From NCBI RefSeq assembly GCF_006345805.1, contig NC_043001.1:34658001-34722000 (forward strand): 64,000 bases of DNA, given 5' to 3'. Under the pieces are notes generated by a model. That model searched no databases, was not told the DNA's origin, and was given only the letters and a program-made list of their open reading frames with translations. Source of the DNA: Octopus sinensis (taxonomy: Eukaryota). Made by a program: the position numbers and the translations under genes. Of this stretch, positions 14,362 to 26,301 are shown in pieces; the stretch's first letter is position 1; each line of letters opens with the position of its first letter.

Positions 14362-16337
14362 TGCGCCTGTTAGGATAATCTCAATTAATAACACTTGCAA
14401 AAACAGCGTGAGATTTGATGGAAATTTAGCAGCTGTTTCAAGCAGGTTGAACGAATACCTTGACGCTTCCGGTGCCGGTGCACAAAATCTCATTCATCAT
14501 TTTCACAATTTACTACATATCCACTGGAAGTTTTGAAGTCAGCACAGCTAGCCAACAAAACACTACTAAACTGGTAAACTTGTAATATATGTGTGCTTCC
14601 TATTTATGGCATGTTGCGTATGTATGTAAGTTACGGACTTTTGGTGATGTAATTTGTTCGTATCAGTTACAATATTTCACAAGCATATTATTATTGTCTC
14701 TCTTTGCAATCTTACTATTCAATTTATTTCTGTTTCCAGGTCTGGATAATTTAGATAATTTCTCCATTTCGTTTTGAGATACGATATTTTCTACTGCGAC
14801 TAATACATCGATTACGACTTACATTCTTTACTATTGGTACTTGGTAATAATATACACTCAGGTAGTATTGTACCCTCTGTAAAATATTGGTTTATAGAAA
14901 TTATGTTGCTATACTATAATGTTAGTATAATCTGGTGTTTAAATGCTCTAATTCTTTCGTGCTCTGTACCGCTTATTTATGCTCGTGTTGTGGTATATTG
15001 TTTCTCTCCAACCTCTGCATATTTCGAAGTTATTTAATATATTTTGCTTCAGTGCATGCTTTCTGTGGTTTCAAGTGAGAAAGATTTGACCAAACAACAA
15101 TATTCTACACTATGCTTGTATCTTCACAATCAGTTCTGAAATATTTTAATCTAATTTTATCCTGCTGTCCTTTTGTCCAGTTTCAGCATCGAAAGGTCTT
15201 TCTTGATATTGTTTTTAGAAATTGTAAAGTAACTCATTTTGTTTCTCATTTTTCTAATAATTCCTCTCGGTTTAAAAGTGTTTGACTCCAGTTTCTCTTT
15301 GTATCTTCTGCATTTTTGGTTTGTTTGTGCTTTGCAGCTTCTTGAATTACTACGAAAAACACAAAAATAATATAAGAAACAAGGAAACAAATACTACAAT
15401 CAACTAGAGTGATCTTGCCAAGAGACACAATCCTAAATCCCTATAAAACTCCCTTTTACACAGCTCGGGAACATTGCGGTGTAACTGGTAGTCCGGTATA
15501 AACTCGTTTACATGTTTTTGTTGTTTTACAGTAGATAATTTTATAAATACTTCTAATAACATGGTTCTCCAACTTCTTTCTGTTTTCGTTAAATACAATC
15601 ATTCTATATTCAATTGATGGTGTTGTATTCAAAATTTCGTCATTATTTTTAATTTTCTATTTATTCCTAATATTTCATTGAATGGTTCGATGAGATTTCT
15701 ACAACAATATTACTGGGATGACCTAATACGTTCTGAAGTTAGCTATTACTCTCTGAACTGTTTTGATAATTCATATTCGTACTCACTCTTGATCAATAAT
15801 TTGTATTTAACAGCCTGTTTTTGATCCATTTATCATATTTTCCCTTCTTCATGAAACTTGACATTAGGATTTTTACGTAATAATCTATTTCTATGTTCGG
15901 TTTCTTATATTTTCCTAATAGAAATTTCGTTTCATTTCTTGCAGTAAACCTTTGTAAAATTTCGGCGGTGTTTCCATTTGTTTATCAAGAGCTGCGAGAA
16001 ACCGGGTCGTTCATGTCTACGAGCGGTTTAATCTTGCACCTGTAGTATTTGTATGGGATTGTAGACTAGCGTAATATGCCGTTTAAATATCTTAATGTCA
16101 TGTTGTAAATTAGTGGAGTTTTTCCTTACACAATTCATGTAGATTGATGATTGTCAAAGGCCTTCTGATTGTGGAAGCTGTTGGTGACAGAAGGACCATG
16201 CCATCTACAATCTTCGATTTCGGTTATCTTTTTACTACAAGATGAATTTTCACACCATCTTCACCATCTTTTCCTTTCTCGAAATCTTATTTTTTTCCAG
16301 ATATTTCTTTAATCTCTGATACTATCGCACTTTAGTG

Positions 16338-16642
16338 AAGGTGCGTGGCTTAGTGGTTAGAATTTTCGGCTCATGGTCGCAAGGTCACGAGTACGGTGCG
16401 TTATGTCCTTGAGCAAGACACTTTATTATAAGTTGCTTCAGTCTTAGCTAGCAGAAATGAGTAATACCTGTATTTCAATGCGCCGCCTTGTCTCTTTCTA
16501 ACTCACTGTGAATCTCCCAGAGAACTATGTTAAAGGTACGCGTGTCTGTGGAGTTTTACCCACTTCCACGTTAAGTGCACGATAAGGTTGTTCCCTCGAC
16601 TGGATCAACTGGAATGCTCGTCGTCGCAAATCGACGGAGTGT
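16338..16642 (+). mobile_element. SINE family C, diverged
   Basis: tRNA-like head ggcttagtggttag; 3' gagaactatgttaaaggtacgcgtgtctgtggag...cgacggagt shared with 61567-61951. Confidence 0.8.
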
Positions 16643-16679
16643 CAATTCTTTTTCTTATCACATTAAAGAGTATTAAACT

Positions 16680-17870
16680 ATAGAAAAGCATGTTTATATT
16701 TCTGATGGCTTCCTAAACAGTCAGGTGTTGTTTCCGGTTTCTTTGAAAACACTGTGAAATATTTTTGGCAGTACTTTACGCGAGCTTGATAAATATTCCA
16801 ACCTGGAATTTGAGATTTTATTATTTCCTGATGCATTATAGGTTTCCGCAGTGTGTAGCACTTGAGGTATTCTTGATATTGTTTACCACTGTTATTCTGG
16901 CGCCGAGATATTATTTTGATAATCTCGTCCATTGTAGGTCTTTTGCTATCTAAACATCTCCCTGGAATTCTTCAAATCTTCTTGTTATTGGTACTGTAAT
17001 GTTTTATATGCTATCTTAGTTATTGATAAAATCTTTTGGGGGTATAGTAGAGCTATTTGTTTTGTTCAAAGAATCGTTGCTCCTCGTAGCAACGGATTCT
17101 TTGCAATTAGCTGAAATTTTGCAGCCTCATGCGTATTTTAAATCTTAGAATGCTATTTTGTGTTATATTTCTATAGCATTTGTCTTTTGTTTTTCAATTG
17201 CCTTGATGTCATTAGGGATTGAGTGTTTGATATTTTCCCGTTTATTTTGTGTATGTTTGCTATCCACGTTATTCAATTATTTTGATATTGCTTGTTGAGA
17301 GATCTTGAGGGAACACTCATATTTCAAATGAAACTACATTGCTGCTGCATATATTATTTTGCTTGCTCTACTAAGATTAATATTCGCTTGCTTTCTTGAT
17401 AAGTTTTCTAGATACTCGTTAAAATAGCAACATACAAAAATGTATGATCTACGCTTTTATTGTAGCTATTTTAACATTAACTTTTATAATTAAGAGGGAT
17501 TTTCATAAGTCCATACTTAGCTCTTGTTTTAATGAATCTAATTATTTCCTTTTTTGATATTCATTAATTTTCATATTTACGACATTCGATTTCTGAATCT
17601 TCCTCATATTTTCTCATATTTTGCTCTTCAAATTCAATTTTTCATACACAGTTGTCTATAAGTGCTTTAGGGTTTGGTTTCTTTATGGTTTATTATTTAA
17701 CTTGTTCGGCAAGTATCACGTCTAATTCCGTGGCCTCTGTTTTCTATGTTTTCTAGAGTAATGATTTTATTCTTGTTTTCGTTTTTGTTACTTTTTTGTT
17801 CGTTGTTTGCAATTTTTATTTTATCGTTCAAGTGTTCTATTTCTACGCCTAGCACCTTATATTTAAATAT
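16680..17870 (-). mobile_element. Probable decayed LINE ORF2 fragment (pre-RT region)
   Basis: Minus-strand A-rich remnant; DEIIKIISRRQNN and KIFHSVFKETG fragments resemble the LINE region around the K.PGPDG motif; multiple stops. Confidence 0.25.
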
Positions 17871-17871
17871 T

Positions 17872-18247
17872 TTTTTTACTTGATCCAATCATTGGACTGC
17901 GGCAATGCTGTGGCACTGCCTTGAAGTCCTTTTACCGAACAAGGTGACGCCAGTATTTATTTTTAAAGTCTGGGGTATTCATTCTATCGATTATTTTACC
18001 GAAACGCTAAGTCACGAGGACTAAACAAGCCAACGCCATCTGTCAAGCTGTGTGGTGGTGGGACAAAAACAGACACAGACATATGCATATAGGATGGATT
18101 TCCACAGTTTCGGTCTCTCAAATTCATTCACAAGGTATTGGTCAACAAGGGGTCATAGAAAAAGGCACTCGTCGAAGATGCTACGCTGTGGGACTGAACC
18201 GTAAACCCAATGGTTGCAAAGCGAGTTTCTTACCACAAAACCATACC
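17872..18247 (-). mobile_element. SINE family A, diverged
   Basis: attggactgcggcaatgctgtggcactgcc tail and gggactgaacc...ttaccaca head on the minus strand. Confidence 0.8.
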
Positions 18248-18539
18248 TGGAATAATTTGGTATTACGGTTAAAATTACTTTTAAATCAGGAGTATTTTAC
18301 AAATACCGCCTTTCTATCATTTTCTGAAATCTATTGTTCTATATTTTAGAGATGAGAAATTGTGTACATTATTTACATTGGACGGACAGGTGTCCATACT
18401 TTGTTGCTACCACAACGTTTCGGCTGATGTAGTCTCTAACCTTCAGCAGGTGACTCGGTGGGATTTCGAATCCAACCCTTTATTTGACTCATGGGGTACT
18501 CTTTACTCATTCCTAAGGTATTTGCTGCTGATTGTTACT

Positions 18540-18690
18540 CTTTGCTCTTTTATTTGTTTCAGTCATTTGCTGTAGTACCGCCTTTAGTCGAGCAAATCGA
18601 CCTCAGGACTTATTACGTACACACACCAGTATCGTTTGTCAAGCGATAGTGGTGGGGGGAATAAACACACACACACACACATACACACAC
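18540..18690 (-). mobile_element. SINE family A, 3' fragment
   Basis: tttcagtcattt...ccgcctttagtcgagcaaatcgacc. Confidence 0.8.
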
Positions 18691-18877
18691 ACATTTTCGT
18701 CCTCAGAAAATCCCTTGCTGCCTGTCCTTCATACTGCCGCCGTTCCATTGCAGTTGGTTTCATTGTATATTATTAACTACGCTGATTTCACCGATCCCGG
18801 GTGCCCTGCGAAGGTCATGGAAACAACTCTTAGTCTAGACCAGAAAATGAAAAATAAAACAAGCAAATAAAAACATA

Positions 18878-19268
18878 GGCGTGGCACTGTGATAAGAGGC
18901 TTACTTCCCACATAACAATATGGTTCCGGGTTCAGTCTCACTGCGTGGCACCTTCGGCGAGTGTCTTCTACTATGGCTTCGGGTCGAAATGAGTGGGTTT
19001 GGTAGACAGAAACTGAAAGAAGCCCATATTATATATATCTTTGCGTGTGCGTCTTCGTGTCTGTGTTAGTCCCAAACCACCGCTTGACAACCGGCGCTGG
19101 TTTGTTTGTGTCCTCGTAACATAGCGGTTGGGCAAACAGATAGATAGCATAAGTACCAGGCTTTGGAAAAAAAAAAAAAAGTAGTGGGGGTAGATTCATT
19201 CGTTTACAAACTCTACAAGGCGGTGCCCCAGCACGGCCGCGTTCTAGTTACTGAAACAAGTAAAAGAT
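18878..19268 (+). mobile_element. SINE family A, full length
   Basis: Head ggttccgggttcagtctcactgcgtggcacc; tail ggcggtgccccagcacggccgc...ctgaaacaagtaaaaga. Confidence 0.88.
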
Positions 19269-19757
19269 ATAAGAGAAAACTACAAATAAACAAAAATAAA
19301 TATACAATAAATACATAAAAACTCAGAAGAACACAGATCAACAGAGGTAAAAACAAACCAGAAATTTGATTTAAAAACGCGTTAGGTCTTCCTGCCATAA
19401 TTAAAATTCTATGTTTATCAAGAGATAAGAGAAACTAAAACGTAAACATGATTCTTAGTTATGCAGCTCACCGGATTCTTACCACTTTCCTACATCATTC
19501 ATTACACTTCTGACTTATTCATAATAAGTTACCGTAGAGCGAAATCTAAACAAGACTCAGCGTACCGTATATTCAATTTGTTGTTTGTTTTCTCCTCTTG
19601 TACTTTTTCATTTTTTTTTTTCGCTGTTCAGATTTTTAGCTTTTAACTTTTTTGGTAGGCCTGTCTTATTAGCCGAGCGGAACCTAAGTCACTTTTACTT
19701 ATTGTTTTTCTTTTTTTTTGCAAGCTTCATTTTCTCTTCAAAAACTAGTGCGTGTGT

Positions 19758-19893
<136 letters not shown>

Positions 19894-20143
19894 ATGTATA
19901 TATATATACATATATATGTATATATATATGCGTGTATGTATATATATATATATATATATATGTATAGGTATACATGTATACATGCGCATATAAATATATA
20001 TACATGTATGTATATACATACATATTCTTTCATTTTGTTATATATTTTCATCTAATCCCATTTTCCATTTTGTTACATGCTATATGTACATACATACCTA
20101 TGTATACACAATCACACACACACACACATATATATATACACAT

Positions 20144-20203
<60 letters not shown>

Positions 20204-20937
20204 CATTATAACATACATGTACACACACACATACATATATGCGCATGTATGCATGTATATTGTATTCATTTGAAAATTTCCAATTAAAATAAACTATTTT
20301 CTATTCCTACACTTTCATATTTAAACTTTCAATATCCATTCACCATAACAAAATAATAAAAAGACAACAAATAGAAAAACAAAAAAAAAACAAAACAAAT
20401 GTCAATAATAAAGGATTGACGGGAAAAAATTCCCAACTGAACAGATAATTATAACAAACAGTAGCCAGACATAAGAAGCTTCAAATGATTAAAGAGGAAA
20501 TAAATAACAGTGGTAGCTGTTAGCGAGGTTTCATCTCAGCTCGTTTGAATTTACTTACCGGATGGAGAATTTTGTTTGTTGCGTTCATTTACTAAGGCCT
20601 CTCGTAACTACCACCTGGCAGACGTTTAGATAAATTACAGTGCAACAGTTGTTATTTGATGCAAACAAATTAGATGCTAAATTGCTTTTGCCTGCAGAAG
20701 TAATATACTTGTCAGTAACCGCCTTCGGTTCATGAAAAATTGCAATTAAAGCCTCGTATGTTATTACCATTTTGTTTTATTATGCAATGTTGATATACAT
20801 ACTTATACTTGTATAGAGATTAATGCAAGCCTGCATATCTCTATACATATGTGTCCATAAGTATGTGTACTTGCGAAATCGTGTGTGCATGTGTATATAT
20901 ATATGTATATGTGTGTGTATATGTATATATATATATG

Positions 20938-20982
<45 letters not shown>

Positions 20983-21488
20983 TATATATATATTATACAT
21001 ACATCTATGCATGTATGTACGTATGTAAGTACATATATATATATGATTGAATATATATTATGTATGTATACAATATAAATACATACACACACACACATAG
21101 ATAATTGTTTATGTGCGTTTATGTCTATATATCTATATATCCATATACATTAATAGATATGTGTTCATGTGCGTGTGTGAATGTGTGTGTGAGTGTGCAT
21201 GTGAATGTGTGTGTGTGAGCGTGAGTGTGCGTGTGTGTGTGTGTCTGAGTGTGTGTAAATTGTCTGCTGATAAAATGCTTTTTTCCCATGATCTTTCTAT
21301 AACGAATGTAACCAGAAGGTTACGTAAACCTTATTTGGTAAAGTTTATAAAAGCTCTAATACAAGAGTTAAATAAATCTTTTGGCCGATGTTAATTCTTT
21401 CTGAGCTTGACAAGAACCGGTATGTCCATGCAAATAAATGTATCTGCACGTGCATGAGTGTTTATATATACCGTTTATATATATATGT

Positions 21489-21555
<67 letters not shown>

Positions 21556-21741
21556 GTATGCATTCATGGAAATATACATACATATATATATATATATATT
21601 ATATATATATATATATATACATACATATACTTTTACATATATACATACGTATGCAAGTATGTAAATATATATATATGTACATACGAATGCATTTATGTAA
21701 ATATACATACATATATGTATACACACACACGCAAACACACA

Positions 21742-21785
<44 letters not shown>

Positions 21786-21794
21786 ACATATGTA

Positions 21795-22029
21795 TAGGGT
21801 GACCCCAAAGTAGGTTTACAATTATCACGCAGGCACTTTAAATTTCTTTTAAAACATTTTAATACATTTACATTTCTATATTACAAGCTGGAAATGGAGT
21901 TGACAAAATTAACTAAATTAGCATACAATAATGGTTTCATATTTTTTTTATAATTAAGATCTAAGCTGTTAATATATGAATGCGCATGAGATAATTGAAT
22001 TACTGTAGACCTACTTTTGGGCCACCCTG
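21795..22029. mobile_element. Tc1-like MITE
   Basis: TIRs tagggtgaccccaaagtaggtttacaatta and aattactgtagacctacttttgggccaccctg, flanked by TA on both sides. Confidence 0.85.
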
Positions 22030-22414
22030 TATATACGTATGTAAGTGTATGCGTTTTGAATAATTTCATAATATAACTATGTTAGGTCCTTACACTGCCA
22101 ACACCCGTATCTTCGGTTATCCTATGTTGTTTAACTTAATGCCTAAAGGATTGTACTTCTCTAAAGAGAAGCTTCATAAAATGTTCGGCAAAGGAACTTA
22201 TCAATCAACTTAAATAGAAGTTTTGCAACGTAGAACAGCTTTAGTATTGAGTGATGCGGAAATTAAGAATGCACGAATATTGACGATTGTCATAAAATTA
22301 ATGGAAAAAATTTCTAGCAAGCATGAATATTGATGATTGTCAAAAAGCTAATGGAAATATGACTATCAAGAAGTATAGTTGTAGGAAAGTAAATTTTAAA
22401 ATATTTTTTTTTTT

Positions 22415-22868
22415 ACTCTAGGCACAAGGGCCGAAATTTGGGGGAGGGGGCAAATCGATTAGATCGACCCGGTACGGAACTGGTACTTAATTCATCGACT
22501 CCGAAAAGATGAAAGGCAAAGTCGACCTCAGCGGAATTTGAACACAGACGAAATACCTATTTCTTTATTACCCACAAGGGGTTAAACACAGAGAGGAAAA
22601 ACAAGGACAGACAAACGGATTTAAGTAGATTATATCGACCCCAGTGCGTAACTGGTCCTTAATTTATCGACCACGAAAGGATGAAAGGCAAAGTCGACCC
22701 CAGCGGAATTTGAACTCAGAACGTAAGGACACGAAATACCGCTAAGTCATTTCGCCAAAATTTGAAATCTTTATGTTCTGAGATCAAATTCCGCTCAAGT
22801 CAGCTTAACCTTTCATCCTTTCGATATCGATAAAATAAGTACCAGTTAAGCAATGGGTTTGATGTACT
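22415..22868. mobile_element. SINE family B dimer (minus, 22415-22756) plus adjacent inverted fragment (plus, 22772-22868)
   Basis: gatgaaaggcaaagtcgac cores near 22510 and 22680; ttcatcctttcgatatcgataaaataagtacc on the plus strand. Confidence 0.85.
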
Positions 22869-22959
22869 GGTGTCTATAGCATGGATATATGCACTGATTT
22901 AAAAAGAAATTGTTGTTGCACTAGGTTTTAATTCAATTAAAATAATCCCTTACGCTCAC

Positions 22960-23206
22960 ACATATATCTTCTGCCAGAGCTCTGGGCCGACCAAAATTTC
23001 TGTGGATTTGGTAGACACAAATGAATAAAAAACCTACCATGTATGTATGTGTATATCTGAACGTGTGTGTTTGGGTTTGCTTTCGTCCCACACGACCGCT
23101 TGACAACCGGTGTTGGTACGTTTCCGAACCCATAGCCTAGCAGTACGGTGTAAGGGTGCGATAGAATAAGAACCAGCTTTAAAAGAATAAGTAATGGAGT
23201 CGATTC
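22960..23206 (+). mobile_element. SINE family A, 5'-truncated
   Basis: ggatttggtagac...cgcttgacaaccggtg...gatagaataag. Confidence 0.75.
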
Positions 23207-23388
23207 CAATTCCTCCGACTAAACCGTGGACTACAGCATTAGAATATTTTAGCTCTTATTTCTAGTAATAACACTCTTGTCACATTTATAATTATAATTT
23301 TCACTTTTGTTGAAATATTGCAAACTGCTGTTTATATATGTGTGTATGTGTGAAGGTCGGTTTCTTGCCACAAAGCGTACCTTTATGG

Positions 23389-23683
23389 CGTTGAAAACAT
23401 GTGCTGATTTTCAAAAAGTAAAAGTGTAAACACAAAAATTAAAAGGGTGGCTTATTAGCAATTAGAACCTAAAGGCAAAATGAATAGAGATCACTAAAGT
23501 GATGGGGTGGGGGTGCCGAGTAGCACCGCTTATGCTACAATAAGAGTTAAATTAACTCTAAATCCGCTAAAGCATTATACTTAATGACTAACAAAGGGAG
23601 GTAAGACTCTAGCGTTCATTGCCACCCTTTTTATTTGATGTTTACACTTTTGCCGTTTTGAAAATCAGTACACAATTTCAACG
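23389..23683. mobile_element. Candidate MITE with about 63-bp imperfect terminal inverted repeats
   Basis: 23389-23451 (cgttgaaaacatgtgctgattttcaaaa...aaaagggtggc) is the reverse complement of 23621-23683 (gccaccctttt...ttttgaaaatcagtacacaatttcaacg). Confidence 0.6.
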
Positions 23684-23917
23684 GTTTTTCTTATAAGATT
23701 CACAGAAGAAGTTGAGTTTAACCCTAGGCGTTAAGAGCCGGTGATGAGGATTAAGGTAGTCTGCACCGAAATTCGAAATCGAGATACGGTTATGTAGGAC
23801 TTACCTCGCTTTGTCATTCATTAACAATAATGTTTTAGTGGATTTCGAGTTAATTTAACACTTATTTTAGCACAAGCCAGGCTAGTCAGTACCCCCCCGT
23901 CACTTTTGTGACGCTTA

Positions 23918-23951
<34 letters not shown>

Positions 23952-24238
23952 TGAGAGAGAGAGAGAGAGGGGGAATTTTTTACCACTATGTGGAAACCCT
24001 TATGCTAGAAGAAGATCCGTTATGGTCTTAACCACTAAGAATTGTTCTCCAGAAAATTTAGCACACCAGAAATGTAAGCGAGCAGGACAAATGAAAACTA
24101 ACAAAAATATAGATTAATCATAAACAATTGTCTCACTATCAACAAATTACGTAGTTTTACTTACATAAATTATCTGTAGATCGTCAGTATGCTAGACCAC
24201 TGGTGTTAAAATTGATATCCAATTTTTCACCCTCATTT

Positions 24239-24301
<63 letters not shown>

Positions 24302-24567
24302 GTTCAAGTTTACAGAAAACAAAAGACGAAGACAGGCGAAAAAACAACAAGCAGGTGTATTAGTTTAGCTCTCTGAAAGAATGGAAAAGTCTTTGACGTC
24401 CCGAAACCATGCTCTTCGACAGGAAGGATTGAAAGGGCAACAAAAAGGAAAGAAAGAAAAAAGAAAAAAACGGAGAGGAACGAAACAAACTGAGAGAGAA
24501 TAAAATATTATGGGTTAAGAGTTCAACTTGAAATGGTAAGAAGAAAAAGCCGGAGTGAAAGGGAGAT

Positions 24568-25130
24568 AACAAAGCATGCGGAGTTCTGTTTTTGATTCGA
24601 CGTTCATTCGGAATGCTCACAGCAGCCATATTCATACCGCTCTATGTCACTCTGGTGAGACCCATATTGAGTCCAGAAGCTGGCTACCCGCATGGTTCTT
24701 GATCTCAAGCATTTGTCCTATGAAGAAAGGCTGAAGACGCTCGACCTTTATTCTCTAGAAAATCGACAACGCCGTGGTGTTCTCATTCTCGCTCACAACA
24801 TCATAAGCGGAAAGTGTAACCTCTCGAAAGAGCTGTTCTTCACTCCTGCTCCAGAGCGTCGGCTGCGGGGTCACTCCAAAAAGCTCTATCTGCAATGATT
24901 TCATCTCAATCGAAGGAGAGGGGCTTTCTCCATCCTGGTTGCGGATCCGTGGAATAAGCTGCCGGACGAGATAGGGAAGATGCCGACGACCGCTCGGTTC
25001 AAAGTCTCTCTTGACCAGAAATGGCCTGAACTCTTTGCATGAACACCCTCACTGTACATAATTCCATGTCCCCCTACATGGCCTTGCCTTTTGCTTTTTG
25101 AGCCAAAAAATCAACTTAACTTAACTTAAC
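24568..25130 (+). mobile_element. 5'-truncated CR1/L2-group LINE 3' end
   Basis: Encodes LSYEERLKTLDLYSLENRQRRGVLILAHNIISGK...PERRLRGHSKKL; 3'UTR ends in (cttaa)n; same family as 27209-28718. Confidence 0.92.
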
Positions 25131-25653
25131 ACTGATTTGGCCGATCTAAGGTGAGCAAGTTACAGTGAAAGATGAAATAACAACATGATTGCTACTCTTA
25201 CATGAATGTTAATTGAAGTCGTAACTATTCTTTTGTTCTTAATTTTGTAATAAATTCATTATTGCGGTTACCATTTCTGAGCTAAACATATTTAGTGAAA
25301 GTTTACAAATGAAATGCCTACACGTGATTCCTTAAAATCAGGATTAAAAAAAATGTGTCGGGAGCCCACCCAGATGTTAGCTATTTCTCTCTTCACAATG
25401 GCATTGAAAAGACATGACCAGATAGCAATTAATAATTTCGTTTCGTTCTAACTTGCTTAGCCTACCATATGACGTCACCACGAGTTGAAACACTGCGGAA
25501 GTAAGGGGAACAGTAGAAATCTCTGTCTAGAAACATACGAATAAATATGCAGACTTATATAAACACTCACACACGGATATATACTTGTGTGCACACATAT
25601 AAATATCATACGGACATGAGTGTACATATATATATATATATTATATATATATA

Positions 25654-25691
<38 letters not shown>

Positions 25692-26261
25692 ATATATATA
25701 TAAATATATGCATATATTTATATATATATATGTATATATATATTATATATTTATGTATGTATATATATATGTATATATGTATATATGTATATATATATAT
25801 AAATATATGCATATATTTATATATATATGTATGAATATATTATATATTTATATATGTATATATATATGCATATATTTATATATATATATGTATGTATATA
25901 TTATATATTTATATATGTATATATATATATATATGTAATTAAAGACTAAAGTGTTTACATTCGAAAAAGATTCAGAGAATTGAAATAATGTATGTATCTA
26001 AACTGAAACGCCAGGTGCATACGCTCTTTTCTTCACCCGCACACAAGCACAAAAATACGTCTACATCTCTGTGTATTGCGGCACACACACAGACACACAA
26101 ATACACACACACACACACACACACATAATAATATATTTGTGTGTGTGTGTATTATGGTCTCTGTAAACGCATACATATAAATATTGATAATCCTGTTAGT
26201 CTGCCATTATGTACACACACATACACACATACATATATGTATGTATACATGTATAACATAT

Positions 26262-26299
<38 letters not shown>

Positions 26300-26301
<2 letters not shown>

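Noticed and set aside
14600-16060. Possible decayed LINE RT and mariner N-terminus on the minus strand
   Set aside because: Only vague motif resemblance; I could not recover a diagnostic motif by eye
20553-20700. Strong minus-strand splice donor (ccg|GTAAGT) with upstream AG acceptors
   Set aside because: The short candidate exon has stops in all three frames; it could only be non-coding, and there is no supporting neighbour exon
23738-23790. Hammerhead-like string GTGATGA...CGAAATTCGAAATC
   Set aside because: Mutated core, no helix I, weak helix II
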